This document shows, piece by piece, positions 11,222 to 20,959 of a stretch of 64,000 nucleotides of DNA (its first letter is position 1; every line of letters starts with the position of its first letter). The stretch comes from Thermoproteota archaeon (lineage in GTDB: Archaea; Asgardarchaeota; Jordiarchaeia; Jordiarchaeales; Freyrarchaeaceae). The position numbers and the translations under genes were made by a program. The stretch lies in contig JAPDJY010000034.1 in the NCBI GenBank assembly GCA_029258835.1, positions 1-64,000 of the forward strand, in the 5' to 3' direction. The notes beneath the pieces were generated by a model. The model searched no databases. It was not told where the DNA came from and saw only the letters and a list, made by a program, of their open reading frames with translations.

Positions 11222-11540
11222 TATTTTCCCTCCTACCTCCAGTTAAGGAGGCAATAAAACGTATGCTTTCGTTCTTAAATCCACCTTTAACGGAATGGTA
11301 CAAACCCGATATAATATTCTCTTTGCTGGAATATAAATGTAAAAGAAAAAATAGTATATAAAAATAACTTGCCCTTTTAAAAAATTTCCTTTTTTAAAAA
11401 AGGCACCGTTTCCCGCAAATTTTTAACATAAACATGCCAAATAGCGTCGGCGCCACGCTGGTTTAAGTTTCACGTTAAAAAATAAAAGTTAAAAGTTGCT
11501 TAACGTATGCTGACGTTAAACGCCATCCGGGGGAGATAAG

Positions 11541-12179
11541 GTGTCTCTTACCGAAGGTCAGAGGAAGGTTTTAGAGAACTTAGAACGTCAAGTCCAGGAG
11601 CTTTCAGAGACTTTAAAGAAAAAAGGCGAAGAAATTTACAAGAAAGACGAAGAAATAAAAGAACTAAGAAAACAACTTGAAGAAGAGCGTAAGGCGAAGG
11701 AAGAAGCCCTCAAAAGGGAAAGTGAGTTAATGAAGCAGCTTTCAGACAGACTTGGCGAAATAGAAGATAAAAACAAGAGGATTAACGAGCTTGAAGATAG
11801 AGTTAGAGCACTCGAGGAGAAAGTTAAAGAAATAAGCGAATGGGATGCTAAAAAGATAGAAGAGTTGCGTCTTAAGTCGGAAACTTTGAAAAGATTTGAG
11901 TCCATACTTGCAGAGAAGGATATGACAATAAAGTCGTTGGAAGCCGAGCTGGAGCAAGTGAAGAAAAGGGAAGAGAAGCTTAAGGAAATACTGGAAAAAG
12001 ATCCAAAGTACAGGCTCTTTCTGATCATACGTGACTCCGGTAGGCGTAACGTAAACGAGCTAAGTAAATCCCTCGGCTTAAGCATGGTTCAGCTAAAGAT
12101 GATGATATCTGAGCTAAAGGCAGCAGGCCTCATAGAGTTAGACGGTGAGGAGGTCTTTGCCACGGGAAAATACCTGTAA
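11541..12179 (+). CDS. Long coiled-coil protein with C-terminal winged-helix domain
   Basis: About 150 aa of E/K-rich heptads, then NVNELSKSLGLSMVQLKMMISELKAAGLIELDG. Confidence 0.75.
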   Translation: MSLTEGQRKVLENLERQVQELSETLKKKGEEIYKKDEEIKELRKQLEEERKAKEEALKRESELMKQLSDRLGEIEDKNKRINELEDRVRALEEKVKEISEWDAKKIEELRLKSETLKRFESILAEKDMTIKSLEAELEQVKKREEKLKEILEKDPKYRLFLIIRDSGRRNVNELSKSLGLSMVQLKMMISELKAAGLIELDGEEVFATGKYL

Positions 12180-12909
12180 AGTCGGTGCTAAAGGGCTTTC
12201 CTCCTTTGATCTTGTAACTCTTAAGGAGTTTAAAGGCGGCTTCGGATGGCATCAACGCATTAAACATGACCTCAAAGAACTCGCTTCCCTATTCCTCCTC
12301 AAGGGAATAACCAAAGTAGTAAGTGCTGCTGGAAAGCTAGGCCTTGAGGTGCTGAACTGGAGGCCGTACGAAAGCGCTAAACTAGCTATTAAGTTTAGTC
12401 CTCTTCCAAACGTGGTTCTCATCCTCCTTTTCACCTACAATGAAGAGTTCGGAGCCAACGCAAACATATTTCTCGAAAGGCGAATGCTTGGCTACATCCC
12501 AACAGAAGAAGCTGTGGGATTAGAGGAGGTTTTAATAGATGCTTTAAGCTTTCTCCTCACCCATGAGGAAGAGAGAAGCGCCGTTGAAACGCTACCTATT
12601 GAAGGTAAAAGAAGAGATATCCTCTTAATGTTGCCCGAGCAAATCCTAAAGGAATCCGTTATCCACCTTAAAGGCAGCATTTCACTATCATCTAGGGAGC
12701 GATGGGAAACCATTTTTCAGCCGTTTCCAATACTTCGAATGGTAATTAAACGTGATGGTAGTAGTGTAACGGTTACTTTTACATCACACACTCCCTTACC
12801 TGATACTCTCCTTCGCAACCTTGCATGGCTTTACTGTAATGCAATTTTAAGAGAAGCCAGAAGAATCGACAACACCATACCTCCAATCTCAAATAATCTG
12901 CTTCCCTAG
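12145..12909 (+). CDS. DUF3786-like protein (start uncertain)
   Basis: TLKEFKGG...FSPLPNV...EEFGANANIFLE...YIPTEE resembles the DUF3786 consensus as I recall it. Confidence 0.55.
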   Translation: MRRSLPRENTCKVGAKGLSSFDLVTLKEFKGGFGWHQRIKHDLKELASLFLLKGITKVVSAAGKLGLEVLNWRPYESAKLAIKFSPLPNVVLILLFTYNEEFGANANIFLERRMLGYIPTEEAVGLEEVLIDALSFLLTHEEERSAVETLPIEGKRRDILLMLPEQILKESVIHLKGSISLSSRERWETIFQPFPILRMVIKRDGSSVTVTFTSHTPLPDTLLRNLAWLYCNAILREARRIDNTIPPISNNLLP

Positions 12910-12962
12910 GGAATGCTCCTCTAAACGCTTCCAGGAAAATAAGGGTTTGAGTTGAGAAGTGA

Positions 12963-13814
12963 TTACGTGTAGTACGTCTCAGTTGGCTCTCTATCTTTTT
13001 CTTCCCTGAAGGATGACATAATTCTCCTCATCACTTCTGGTGGAACCGCCTCTTCTTTCTTTAATTCTTCCTCCATTCTTACAGCATGCTTTTCTAAGAA
13101 CGTCGTGTCAACGTTTAAATTGTACTTTAAGTTCAGTACGTCTATGAGCGCCTTGGACGATCGAGGATTAAAGTTTATCCCCGAGTGCCCCTCCGCTAAG
13201 AGTGAGACTCCTTCTATACCATACTGGGGCGCAAGGAGAGGTACTGTTCCGTTTAGCCCTGAAATTCTTCCTCCTCTAAGGGGGACAATGTTCTCTAAGG
13301 CCAGAAACTCTTCCAACATCCTTTTATTTGTAGCTGAAACATAAACTTTCGGATTTCTCACATAATGGGTTGCACCGAAACATCCGAGAGAAATTATCGT
13401 TTCAGCTGAAAGCCTTTTCATGATGTGAAGAAGCACGTGTGCTATAATGTTACTTCCTAAAGGCGTAAAGGGCTGACTGTAAGAAGATATAAACAAGTAA
13501 TCTCTTTCAGTGCCTCTTAGCATGTGTATAAATATCGAGAAAGAGTCAAACCAGTTCGAGAAGATTCCATCATCAACCAGCGCGATCGCGGGCACGTCTA
13601 AATTGGATATTTGAAGAATGGGCCGTGCCCCCATTTTAGTTGACATATAATCGACAGCGACAAGTCCTACATTACCTATCCCCGCAAACCCTTGGAAGAC
13701 CACTGGCCTCCTCAATTTTAACTCGTCAATGTCAAGTCCTTTCTTAAGAACTCTAACCCTCATTATGTCCCCAAGTTTCAGGTTCTCTAGATTCATTAAA
13801 TTGCCTCCAGACAC
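12963..13814 (-). CDS. PAC2-family proteasome assembly chaperone
   Basis: QGFAGIGNVGLVAVDYM, GRISGLNG, NPRSSKALIDVL, C-terminal YYT (HbYX-like). Confidence 0.85.
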   Translation of the reverse strand: MSGGNLMNLENLKLGDIMRVRVLKKGLDIDELKLRRPVVFQGFAGIGNVGLVAVDYMSTKMGARPILQISNLDVPAIALVDDGIFSNWFDSFSIFIHMLRGTERDYLFISSYSQPFTPLGSNIIAHVLLHIMKRLSAETIISLGCFGATHYVRNPKVYVSATNKRMLEEFLALENIVPLRGGRISGLNGTVPLLAPQYGIEGVSLLAEGHSGINFNPRSSKALIDVLNLKYNLNVDTTFLEKHAVRMEEELKKEEAVPPEVMRRIMSSFREEKDREPTETYYT

Positions 13815-14035
13815 CTTTTATCTAGGTAAGATTACCATTAAGCCAATTTCAACTTTTCTATTTTTATCCGCGCATATGGGTAGTCCTCTGCTGACTTCTT
13901 ACCTTTTAACGTCTGTTCCATTGAGAACGGCTGAAGGTTTTATGAGTTTCCCACGACACGATATCTTTTTAAAAAGAATTTTTAGCTGTTTTTTCACCTG
14001 ACTCTCTGAGCCGTGAAGCTGTGAGGTGCATTGGC

Positions 14036-14206
14036 TTGAAAGTGACGTGTCCTGAATGCTACTACGAATTCGAAGTTGACGACGATATCATAGTAGGGGA
14101 GATCGTTGAATGCCCTGACTGTGGCGCAGAATTGGAGGTTGTCAGTGTAAATGATGGAGAAGTTGTTCTTCAAGCAGTCAGCGTAGAGGAAGACTGGGGC
14201 GAATGA
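14036..14206 (+). CDS. lysW: Amino-group carrier protein LysW
   Basis: CPEC...CPDCG zinc ribbon, acidic, C-terminal EEDWGE; TTG start after GAGGTG. Confidence 0.96.
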   Translation: MKVTCPECYYEFEVDDDIIVGEIVECPDCGAELEVVSVNDGEVVLQAVSVEEDWGE

Positions 14207-14210
14207 GGAA

Positions 14211-15062
14211 ATGATCTTAGGGATAATACATAATAGGATAGGATGGGAGGAGAAGCAGTTAATAGAAGCTGCAAAAAAGAAGAAAGTAGATGTTTCACTC
14301 TTCGATAGCAGACGGATGAGCATAGATGTAACAGGAGATAAATCCCTGTATAACGTAGACCTTTTCCTCCAAAGATCGATTAGCTACACAAAAGGGCTAT
14401 ACTCAACGTTAGCGTTAGAAGCGATGGGATATCAAGTAGTTAATTCATCTAAGTGTCAGGAGGTTTGTGGTGACAAGCTGAAGACAACTATAGCATTAAA
14501 GCAGGCAGGACTCCCCGTACCTAAAACATACCTTGCCTTATCATATAATGCTGCTCTAGAAGCGCTAGAAGAACTAGGCTATCCTGCGATAACGAAGCCT
14601 TTAATGGGTAGCTGGGGGCGCTTGGTAGCCATCTTAAACGACCCTGCCTCAGCAAGGGCCATACTTGAAACGCGTGAAACGTTAGGCGACGTCCTCCATA
14701 AAATATATTATCTTCAAGAATACGTTAATCACAACTCAAGAGATGTAAGAGTGTTTATTGTAGGTGGCGAAGCCGTGGCGGCAATGTACAGGTACACCAT
14801 CCCCGGTGACTGGAGAAGCAATGCTACTATCGGAGGGAAAACGGAGGCTTGCAGGATAACAGGAGAGATAGAAGAAATGGCCTTGAAGGCGGCTGAAGCC
14901 ACTCACGGTGAGATCGTCGGCGTTGATCTCCTTGAAGGAGACGGTATCTTCTTGCTTAATGAGGTAAATCATAACCCGGGTTTCCAGCACATAGCCTCCG
15001 TAACAAAAGTCGACATAGCTGGAAAAATAATTGATTATTTAAAGCACAAGGCCTCTAAGTGA
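14211..15062 (+). CDS. lysX: LysX/ArgX ATP-grasp ligase (LysW--alpha-aminoadipate/glutamate ligase)
   Basis: WEEKQL, CGDKLKT, KPLMGSWGRLV, WRSNATIGG, NEVNHNPGF; follows lysW. Confidence 0.92.
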   Translation: MILGIIHNRIGWEEKQLIEAAKKKKVDVSLFDSRRMSIDVTGDKSLYNVDLFLQRSISYTKGLYSTLALEAMGYQVVNSSKCQEVCGDKLKTTIALKQAGLPVPKTYLALSYNAALEALEELGYPAITKPLMGSWGRLVAILNDPASARAILETRETLGDVLHKIYYLQEYVNHNSRDVRVFIVGGEAVAAMYRYTIPGDWRSNATIGGKTEACRITGEIEEMALKAAEATHGEIVGVDLLEGDGIFLLNEVNHNPGFQHIASVTKVDIAGKIIDYLKHKASK

Positions 15063-15133
15063 ATTCTTCATTGTTTACGTTATCATTCAAAGCACCTTTT
15101 CACAGTTTTCTCAATTTTACTTAAGGAGAGTGC

Positions 15134-16186
15134 TTGTCCTTGAATGTTGGAGTGGTGGGTGCATCGGGATACGCTGGTGGCGAGCTCGTTAGGCTCCTCT
15201 CCACTCATCCCAAGGTTTCGATAAGCATGGTAACTTCAAGGAGAAATGCTGGAAAACCCGTCAGCAATGAGATACCAATCCTAAAGGGAAGATTGAACAT
15301 AAAGTTTGAGGAGCCAGATCCCCCTAAGATAATTGAAAAATGCGACTTCGTATTCATGGCTACACCCCACGCGGTTTCCATGGAGTTAACGCCTCAAATT
15401 CTCGAGGTAGGAATAAAGGTAGTAGACTTAAGTGGTGATTTCAGGCTTAAAAACCCTGAAATCTTCAAGCGATACTATGGTGTGGATCACAAAGCCCCTG
15501 ACCTCCTAGACGAAGCCGTTTACGGCCTACCAGAAATAAACAGAGAAAAAATAAAGAATGCAAGGCTTGTAGCATGTCCAGGATGCTTCGCTACACCATC
15601 CATCATTGCTCTGTTTCCTCTTGTAAAAGAAAAGCTAATCAGGGAGCATGTTTTCATAGACGCTAAAACAGGTAGCTCAGGAGCTGGAAGGACGCCGTCA
15701 CCCGCTGACCACCATCCTGAAAGAACGAACATGGTTAGACCTTACAGCCCGGGAGAGCACCGTCACGTGCCAGAAATAGAGCAAGCATTAGCTCCACACG
15801 GGAAAGTGAAAGTGACCTTTGTCCCTCATGCGGTAGATATGGTTCGAGGAATCCTTTCCACTATTTACTCCATAACCATGGAAAACGTGGATGAACAGTC
15901 GGTCTGGAAGGCGTTTAGGTCATGCTACAGTGGAGAAAGGTTCATACGATTCATTCACTGGAAAAGTGGAGGATTGTATCGTTTTCCAAATCCAAAGATA
16001 ACGCTTGGAACCAATTACTGCGACTTAGGCTTTAAACTTTTAAAGGATCAAAAAACGCTCATCATATTCTCCTCCATAGACAACTTGATTAAGGGCGCCG
16101 CTGGGCAAGCAATTCAGAATATGAACATAATGCTCGGCTACGAAGAAGACGCAGGCCTCGACTTCCCCGGAATATACCCCGTCTAA
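15134..16186 (+). CDS. lysY: LysW-gamma-acyl-phosphate reductase (ArgC/LysY)
   Basis: GASGYAGGE, DLSGDFRL, YGLPE, PGCF, GSSGAG, HHPER, HRHVPEI, DNLIKGAAGQA. Confidence 0.92.
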   Translation: MSLNVGVVGASGYAGGELVRLLSTHPKVSISMVTSRRNAGKPVSNEIPILKGRLNIKFEEPDPPKIIEKCDFVFMATPHAVSMELTPQILEVGIKVVDLSGDFRLKNPEIFKRYYGVDHKAPDLLDEAVYGLPEINREKIKNARLVACPGCFATPSIIALFPLVKEKLIREHVFIDAKTGSSGAGRTPSPADHHPERTNMVRPYSPGEHRHVPEIEQALAPHGKVKVTFVPHAVDMVRGILSTIYSITMENVDEQSVWKAFRSCYSGERFIRFIHWKSGGLYRFPNPKITLGTNYCDLGFKLLKDQKTLIIFSSIDNLIKGAAGQAIQNMNIMLGYEEDAGLDFPGIYPV

Positions 16187-16233
16187 AGTGTTCCATGTTA
16201 ATTAGGTTAAATTGGAAGGAGATGGGCTCAAAA

Positions 16234-17037
16234 ATGGAGAAAGTAATCGTTAAAATAGGGGGAAGCATTGCCGGCGAAGGGTTAGAGAACGTCGTAAACG
16301 ACGTGGCAGCATGCGTTAAAGACAAAAAAATCGTTATAGTTCATGGAGGCGGACCTCAAATAGACTCTCTCTCAAAAAGGCTTGGAAAGGAACCCATATA
16401 CTTTACCTCTCCAAGCGGGTTCAAAAGCAGGTTTACCGATGAAGAAACAAGGGACATCGCCCTCCTAGCAATGGCAGGGTATGTGAATAAAAAAATAGTT
16501 TCACTGCTAGGGTTTCGAGGTGTTTCAGCGGTAGGAATATCAGGAGCTGACGGTCCAACGTTAATAGCTAGAAGGAAAGATAAGTTAATAGTTCAGGACG
16601 GCGGTAAGAAACGAGTCGTAAGAGGCGATTATAGTGGAATAGTTGAGGAGGTCGATGGAACGCTTGTTAATATCCTCCTTTCATCGGGTTTTACCCCTGT
16701 GATAGCGCCAATAGCGTTAAGCCATGAAGGGGAACTTGTCAACGTTGACGGTGACCGCGCCGCTGCCCAATTGGCTAAAGCGATAGGGGCAAATATGTTG
16801 ATATCGGTCACGGACGTCCCGGGGTTAATGTTAGACGAGCAACTAGTTAGGAAGCTCACAGCGAACGAAGCAAGGAGGCTGATTGAAGAAATAGGAGGAG
16901 GAATGAAAAAGAAGATCTTCGCCGCTTTAGAGGCGATCCGGATTGGGGTGCCGCTGGTTGTGGTGTGCAGTGGCTTAGAGGAAAACCCCATTACGCGCTC
17001 ACTTAAACTTGAATCTGGAACGGTGATCACCCAATGA
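16234..17037 (+). CDS. lysZ: LysW-gamma-amino-acid kinase (ArgB/LysZ)
   Basis: VKIGGS, VHGGG, TSPSGFKSRFTD, NVDGDRAAA, GGGMKKK. Confidence 0.92.
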   Translation: MEKVIVKIGGSIAGEGLENVVNDVAACVKDKKIVIVHGGGPQIDSLSKRLGKEPIYFTSPSGFKSRFTDEETRDIALLAMAGYVNKKIVSLLGFRGVSAVGISGADGPTLIARRKDKLIVQDGGKKRVVRGDYSGIVEEVDGTLVNILLSSGFTPVIAPIALSHEGELVNVDGDRAAAQLAKAIGANMLISVTDVPGLMLDEQLVRKLTANEARRLIEEIGGGMKKKIFAALEAIRIGVPLVVVCSGLEENPITRSLKLESGTVITQ

Positions 17038-18107
17038 TAGATCCTGTAGCCTTCCTCATAGAACTACTCGAGATTCCCAGCCCTTCAGGAGAGGAGAGGA
17101 AGCTGGCATTCTTCCTTAAAAAAACAATGGGAGATTGGGGGTACGACGTGGAAATAGACCCTGCTGGAAACGTTATAGGACGGCTTGGAGAAGGCAGCCC
17201 AACCTTACTGCTAGCATCCCACATAGACACGGTCCCCGGCTTCATTCCTGTAAGACACGATAACGATAGAATATTCGGTAGAGGTGCAGTTGACGCTAAG
17301 GGCTCCGTGGCTGCCATGGTGATTGCGGGAGCTGAAGCCTTCCGGAGAAACATGAAGGGATCCCTAATTTTTGCAGGAATAGTCGGTGAGGAAGCAAGCC
17401 TAGAGGGCATACAAACACTACTGGAGGAGCTGACCTCGGTTGACTACGCCATATTCGGGGAACCTACAGGGCTAAGTAGGATTTGTATAGCTTCAAAGGG
17501 GAGACTATTGCTAAAGATAAATGTCCATTCGTCTAGTGGACACGTTGCCTGCTCTTGGCTGCATGAAAACTCCATTGAAAAGGCGTTTGAACTCTGGCAG
17601 AAGCTGAAGGAGCGTATAAGGCTGGACGCTAAATCACGTTTTTCCTCGGTAATTCCCAATCTAACACTTCTTCAGGGAGGGAGCGCGCCGAATATTGTTC
17701 CAGGAAACTGTTCTCTTTACGTGGACGTAAGGTTTCCCCCAAGTGTCAGCTCAGCGAGCTTGCTGGGTGAAAGCCGCAAGGTTATAGAAAGCTTCGAGAA
17801 AGCAAGTGGAGTGAAGGTCTCATGGAGCGTTTTAAGCCAGATAGAAGGGTTCAGGGCAAACAGGCGTTCCAAGGTTGTTGAAGCCTTAGAAAGATCTATA
17901 AAGGAAATAGGAGGAAATGTAGGGTACATAAAGAAGACCGGGACATGCTTCATGAACCTCATAGGAAAATGGTTTAACATTCCTGTTGTCAGCTATGGTC
18001 CAGGTGACCCTTCCTTAGAACACACCGAAAACGAGAACATACTAGTAAGCGAGTATCTTGCAGCAATAAACATACTGACAAAAACCATACAGTATGTTTT
18101 ACGTTGA
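17034..18107 (+). CDS. lysK: LysW-lysine/ornithine hydrolase, M20 peptidase (ArgE/LysK)
   Basis: SPSGEE, SHIDTVPG, GRGAVDAKG, GEE, GEP, KTGT.FMN, YGPGD..LEHT..E. Confidence 0.9.
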   Translation: MIDPVAFLIELLEIPSPSGEERKLAFFLKKTMGDWGYDVEIDPAGNVIGRLGEGSPTLLLASHIDTVPGFIPVRHDNDRIFGRGAVDAKGSVAAMVIAGAEAFRRNMKGSLIFAGIVGEEASLEGIQTLLEELTSVDYAIFGEPTGLSRICIASKGRLLLKINVHSSSGHVACSWLHENSIEKAFELWQKLKERIRLDAKSRFSSVIPNLTLLQGGSAPNIVPGNCSLYVDVRFPPSVSSASLLGESRKVIESFEKASGVKVSWSVLSQIEGFRANRRSKVVEALERSIKEIGGNVGYIKKTGTCFMNLIGKWFNIPVVSYGPGDPSLEHTENENILVSEYLAAINILTKTIQYVLR

Positions 18108-19094
18108 AATAACCGACATTAGCACCGCTTTCTGGACATGCAGCCTGTTTTCTGCCTCGTCGTAGATCACCGAGTGAGTCCCGTCGATAACCCCGTCCGT
18201 GGCCTCCACGTTCCTTCTTATGGGTAGGCAGTGCATGAATATCGCGTCCTTCCTTGCCAATTCCATTAATTCTTCGTTGCAGGTCCAATCCCTAAACTTA
18301 ACCCTTAGCCTTTTTTCCTCTCGAGGGTTTCCGTAATACTTTAAGGAACCCCATGCTTTGACGTAAACGATGTCTGCTCCATCGTAAGCCTCCTCAAGGC
18401 TGTCAGTAACCTCGAGGCTTCCTCCTGACTCCTCAATGTTCCTCCGCGCCCACTCCATGATTTGCTCGTCTAGCTCAAACCCCTTGGGGTGAAGAAGCGT
18501 CACATCAAGCCCGAACCGTGTCGCTATTAAAAGCGCCGAGTTTGGAACGCTGCAGGGCAGAGGCTTGGGATGATAAACCCAGCTTAATAGAAACTTCCTT
18601 CCGTTTAACCTTCCCTTTTTCTCCTTGACGGTCATTATATCGGCTAAAGCTTGGCATGGATGGAACATGTCGCATTCCATGTTAATCACGGGCACGTCCG
18701 CCCACCGGGCAAACTCTCTGACCACCCTATTACTCTCACCGTAATTCCACCCTGTAACGTTTGGGAATATCCTTATCGATATTGCATCTCCGTAGCGTGC
18801 CATCACGGATGCCGTATCCTTAATTGACTCTGAACCCTTACCAATCCACCCTGAATCAGCAGGCATGTAGATTGCGTGTCCACCAAGCTGCGTCATTCCA
18901 ATCTCAAACGATAACCGCGTCCTGGTACTTGGGTTGAAGAAGAGCATGATCAAAGACTTACCACTTAAAACATCGGAATATTCTTCGGGATGCTTCTTAA
19001 CGTCCGCAGCAAGCTTTAAAACTTCCTCTATTTCTTCGACCCGCCATTCCTGAGTCGTTATAAGATCTTTTCCCTCCAAGCAACCAATCAACAT
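18099..19094 (-). CDS. N-acylornithine-type carbamoyltransferase (ArgF'/AOTCase-SOTCase family)
   Basis: FFNPSTRTR, HPCQ, SWVYHPKPLP, YVKAWGS, HCLPIRRN; lacks the DxxxSMG loop of canonical OTCase. Confidence 0.85.
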   Translation of the reverse strand: MLIGCLEGKDLITTQEWRVEEIEEVLKLAADVKKHPEEYSDVLSGKSLIMLFFNPSTRTRLSFEIGMTQLGGHAIYMPADSGWIGKGSESIKDTASVMARYGDAISIRIFPNVTGWNYGESNRVVREFARWADVPVINMECDMFHPCQALADIMTVKEKKGRLNGRKFLLSWVYHPKPLPCSVPNSALLIATRFGLDVTLLHPKGFELDEQIMEWARRNIEESGGSLEVTDSLEEAYDGADIVYVKAWGSLKYYGNPREEKRLRVKFRDWTCNEELMELARKDAIFMHCLPIRRNVEATDGVIDGTHSVIYDEAENRLHVQKAVLMSVIST

Positions 19095-19295
19095 TTCACC
19101 CTCCTCAAAAAACACCGGGTCTTACAAAGGACTCCTCAACGCTTTAAAGAGTTTACCTCACCCTTAAAAGCAGCCACTCCGTAAAACTTGATCCCTCCCC
19201 TACTCGAAATACGCTTTCAATGGGAGAAAACACAATCTTCCACTTAAGTAATAATAAAAAGTTATGTTGGCGCCTTTCCCTTTAAGCTGCCTGGT

Positions 19296-19664
19296 TTATC
19301 CAACGTAGCATCTTTCTAAGAGTCCGCTCTGCTCAAGCTGCTTAACGACTTGGTCATACCTGGCTTTGTCATTTAACATGTTATTTATAAGTTCCTCGTT
19401 AATGTGGCTTCCCGTACGAACTTTAACTTCAGCTCTAACCCCCAGCTTATCCTCCAAAACTTTCTTTATAATAACACCGATGATACTCCCCATGGGGCAT
19501 ACTGGCGATGTGGGAGTAAACGTTATAGTAACCTTATCTCCTTCGATCGAGACATCATCTTCCGTAACTATTCCCATGTCTACAATGGACATCGGGTATT
19601 CCGGGTCATTAAGCTTCTTCAAGATCCGCATAACCTCTTCTTTATCCACTTTCACCACTCTCAA
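19296..19664 (-). CDS. DUF59/SufT/MIP18-family Fe-S assembly protein
   Basis: DPEYPMSIVDMGIV, TPTSPVCPMG. Confidence 0.85.
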   Translation of the reverse strand: MRVVKVDKEEVMRILKKLNDPEYPMSIVDMGIVTEDDVSIEGDKVTITFTPTSPVCPMGSIIGVIIKKVLEDKLGVRAEVKVRTGSHINEELINNMLNDKARYDQVVKQLEQSGLLERCYVG

Positions 19665-19720
19665 GATTTGTCTTCAGAGAATGATCGAGAAGAACCTTTT
19701 AAACTTTATGACGACGATAC

Positions 19721-20959
19721 TTAACTGACCTCCTCTTTAAAACCAGTTTTCTTGTTAAACTCTTCAACAATCCATCTTAAAGCCTTACCTGTAGCCTCTG
19801 CGACTCTTTTCAAGTCCTCAAACTCGGGCTTAACCCTTATGATATTCCCCTTCTTGTCTCGTGCAACCTTAAGCCTGACAGGATAATTAACTCCTTCCAC
19901 CTCAAACTCAACCTTAACTGTTTCTCTGCTTAAGATAAGCCTCTTAGAGTGGTGTATTCGAACCCCCAGAGTTCCCGTCTCTCTAATTAATACCTTGGCT
20001 ATCTCGATGCACTTCTCAGGTGGGCTCAGAACTTGGATTATGCAGCCCGGCCTCCCCTTCTTAGCGATCACAGGAATAATTACAGCGTCCTTTGCTCCTG
20101 CCCTGAAGAGCGCATCCATAGCGTACGCGATAACCTCCCCTGGAACATCATCCAAGTTTGTCTCTATAATGTAAACGTCGTCTCCGTGGGTTTCCACCTC
20201 CTCACCGACGATCACCCTTAGAACGTTAGGAACCTCTACCAGTTCTCTTTCGCCTGCCCCATACCCCACCCTTAGAGGGGCAACCATGGGCATGTATGGT
20301 GAGGACTTAGCCTTTAAACCTGCCAATATAGCTACACCTGTCGGAGTCGCCAGCTCGTAAGGAGCAGGACCGCCAGCCATAATTAACTTGTTCTCTCTAA
20401 TTATCTCCACAACTGCTGGGGGAGGAGCTGGAAGGGAGCCGTGGGAAAACGACACTCGCCCCCCTCCCACGGCAACGGGGGTTGTAAACCAGTCTGCTTC
20501 CGTTAAGTGTAGTTCGTCACATAGGAGTGCGGCTCCCACCAAGTCAAAAACGGTATCTGCAGAACCTGCCTCGTGAAGGTGTACGTCCTCTACGCTTTCA
20601 CCATGAATCTTCGCTTCGCACCGGATGAGCGCCCTTGCAGAGTCCATAGCAATATCAGCTGCACGTTTCGATAACCCAAGTTCACCTACAGCCCTTTCCA
20701 CTATATCCATCAGCTCGCCACCCCGTATTCCCAGCTTTTCCTTTAACACCAACTCTACTTTGGTCGCCGCCACTCCTCCACGCTTAACCTTTTTAACACT
20801 CACCCTTACATCTTTACATTTCATTATCTTTGGAAGCATCCCTGCCAGGGTTTCAAGTTTCTCCCTGCTTCCTCCTAACTCGACCATTGCACCAAGAAAC
20901 ATGTCCCCTGATATCCCCGCAATAGAACAATCCACTATGACTTTAACGGTCTTCTGCAT
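19721..20959 (-). CDS. larC: Nickel pincer cofactor nickel-insertion protein
   Basis: GISGDMFLGA, HLHEAG..D, ELATPTG, ETNLDD, KKGRPG, ETGTLGVR, KPEFED. Confidence 0.95.
   Translation of the reverse strand: MQKTVKVIVDCSIAGISGDMFLGAMVELGGSREKLETLAGMLPKIMKCKDVRVSVKKVKRGGVAATKVELVLKEKLGIRGGELMDIVERAVGELGLSKRAADIAMDSARALIRCEAKIHGESVEDVHLHEAGSADTVFDLVGAALLCDELHLTEADWFTTPVAVGGGRVSFSHGSLPAPPPAVVEIIRENKLIMAGGPAPYELATPTGVAILAGLKAKSSPYMPMVAPLRVGYGAGERELVEVPNVLRVIVGEEVETHGDDVYIIETNLDDVPGEVIAYAMDALFRAGAKDAVIIPVIAKKGRPGCIIQVLSPPEKCIEIAKVLIRETGTLGVRIHHSKRLILSRETVKVEFEVEGVNYPVRLKVARDKKGNIIRVKPEFEDLKRVAEATGKALRWIVEEFNKKTGFKEEVS

Noticed and set aside
12185-12215. Possible 14-nt intron (AAAG-GG|C...CUUU-GA|U) joining an out-of-frame GTG to the DUF3786-like ORF
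   Set aside because: It has only a weak AU-rich 4-bp helix with no flanking helices, and an in-frame GTG exists at 12145; chance is likely.
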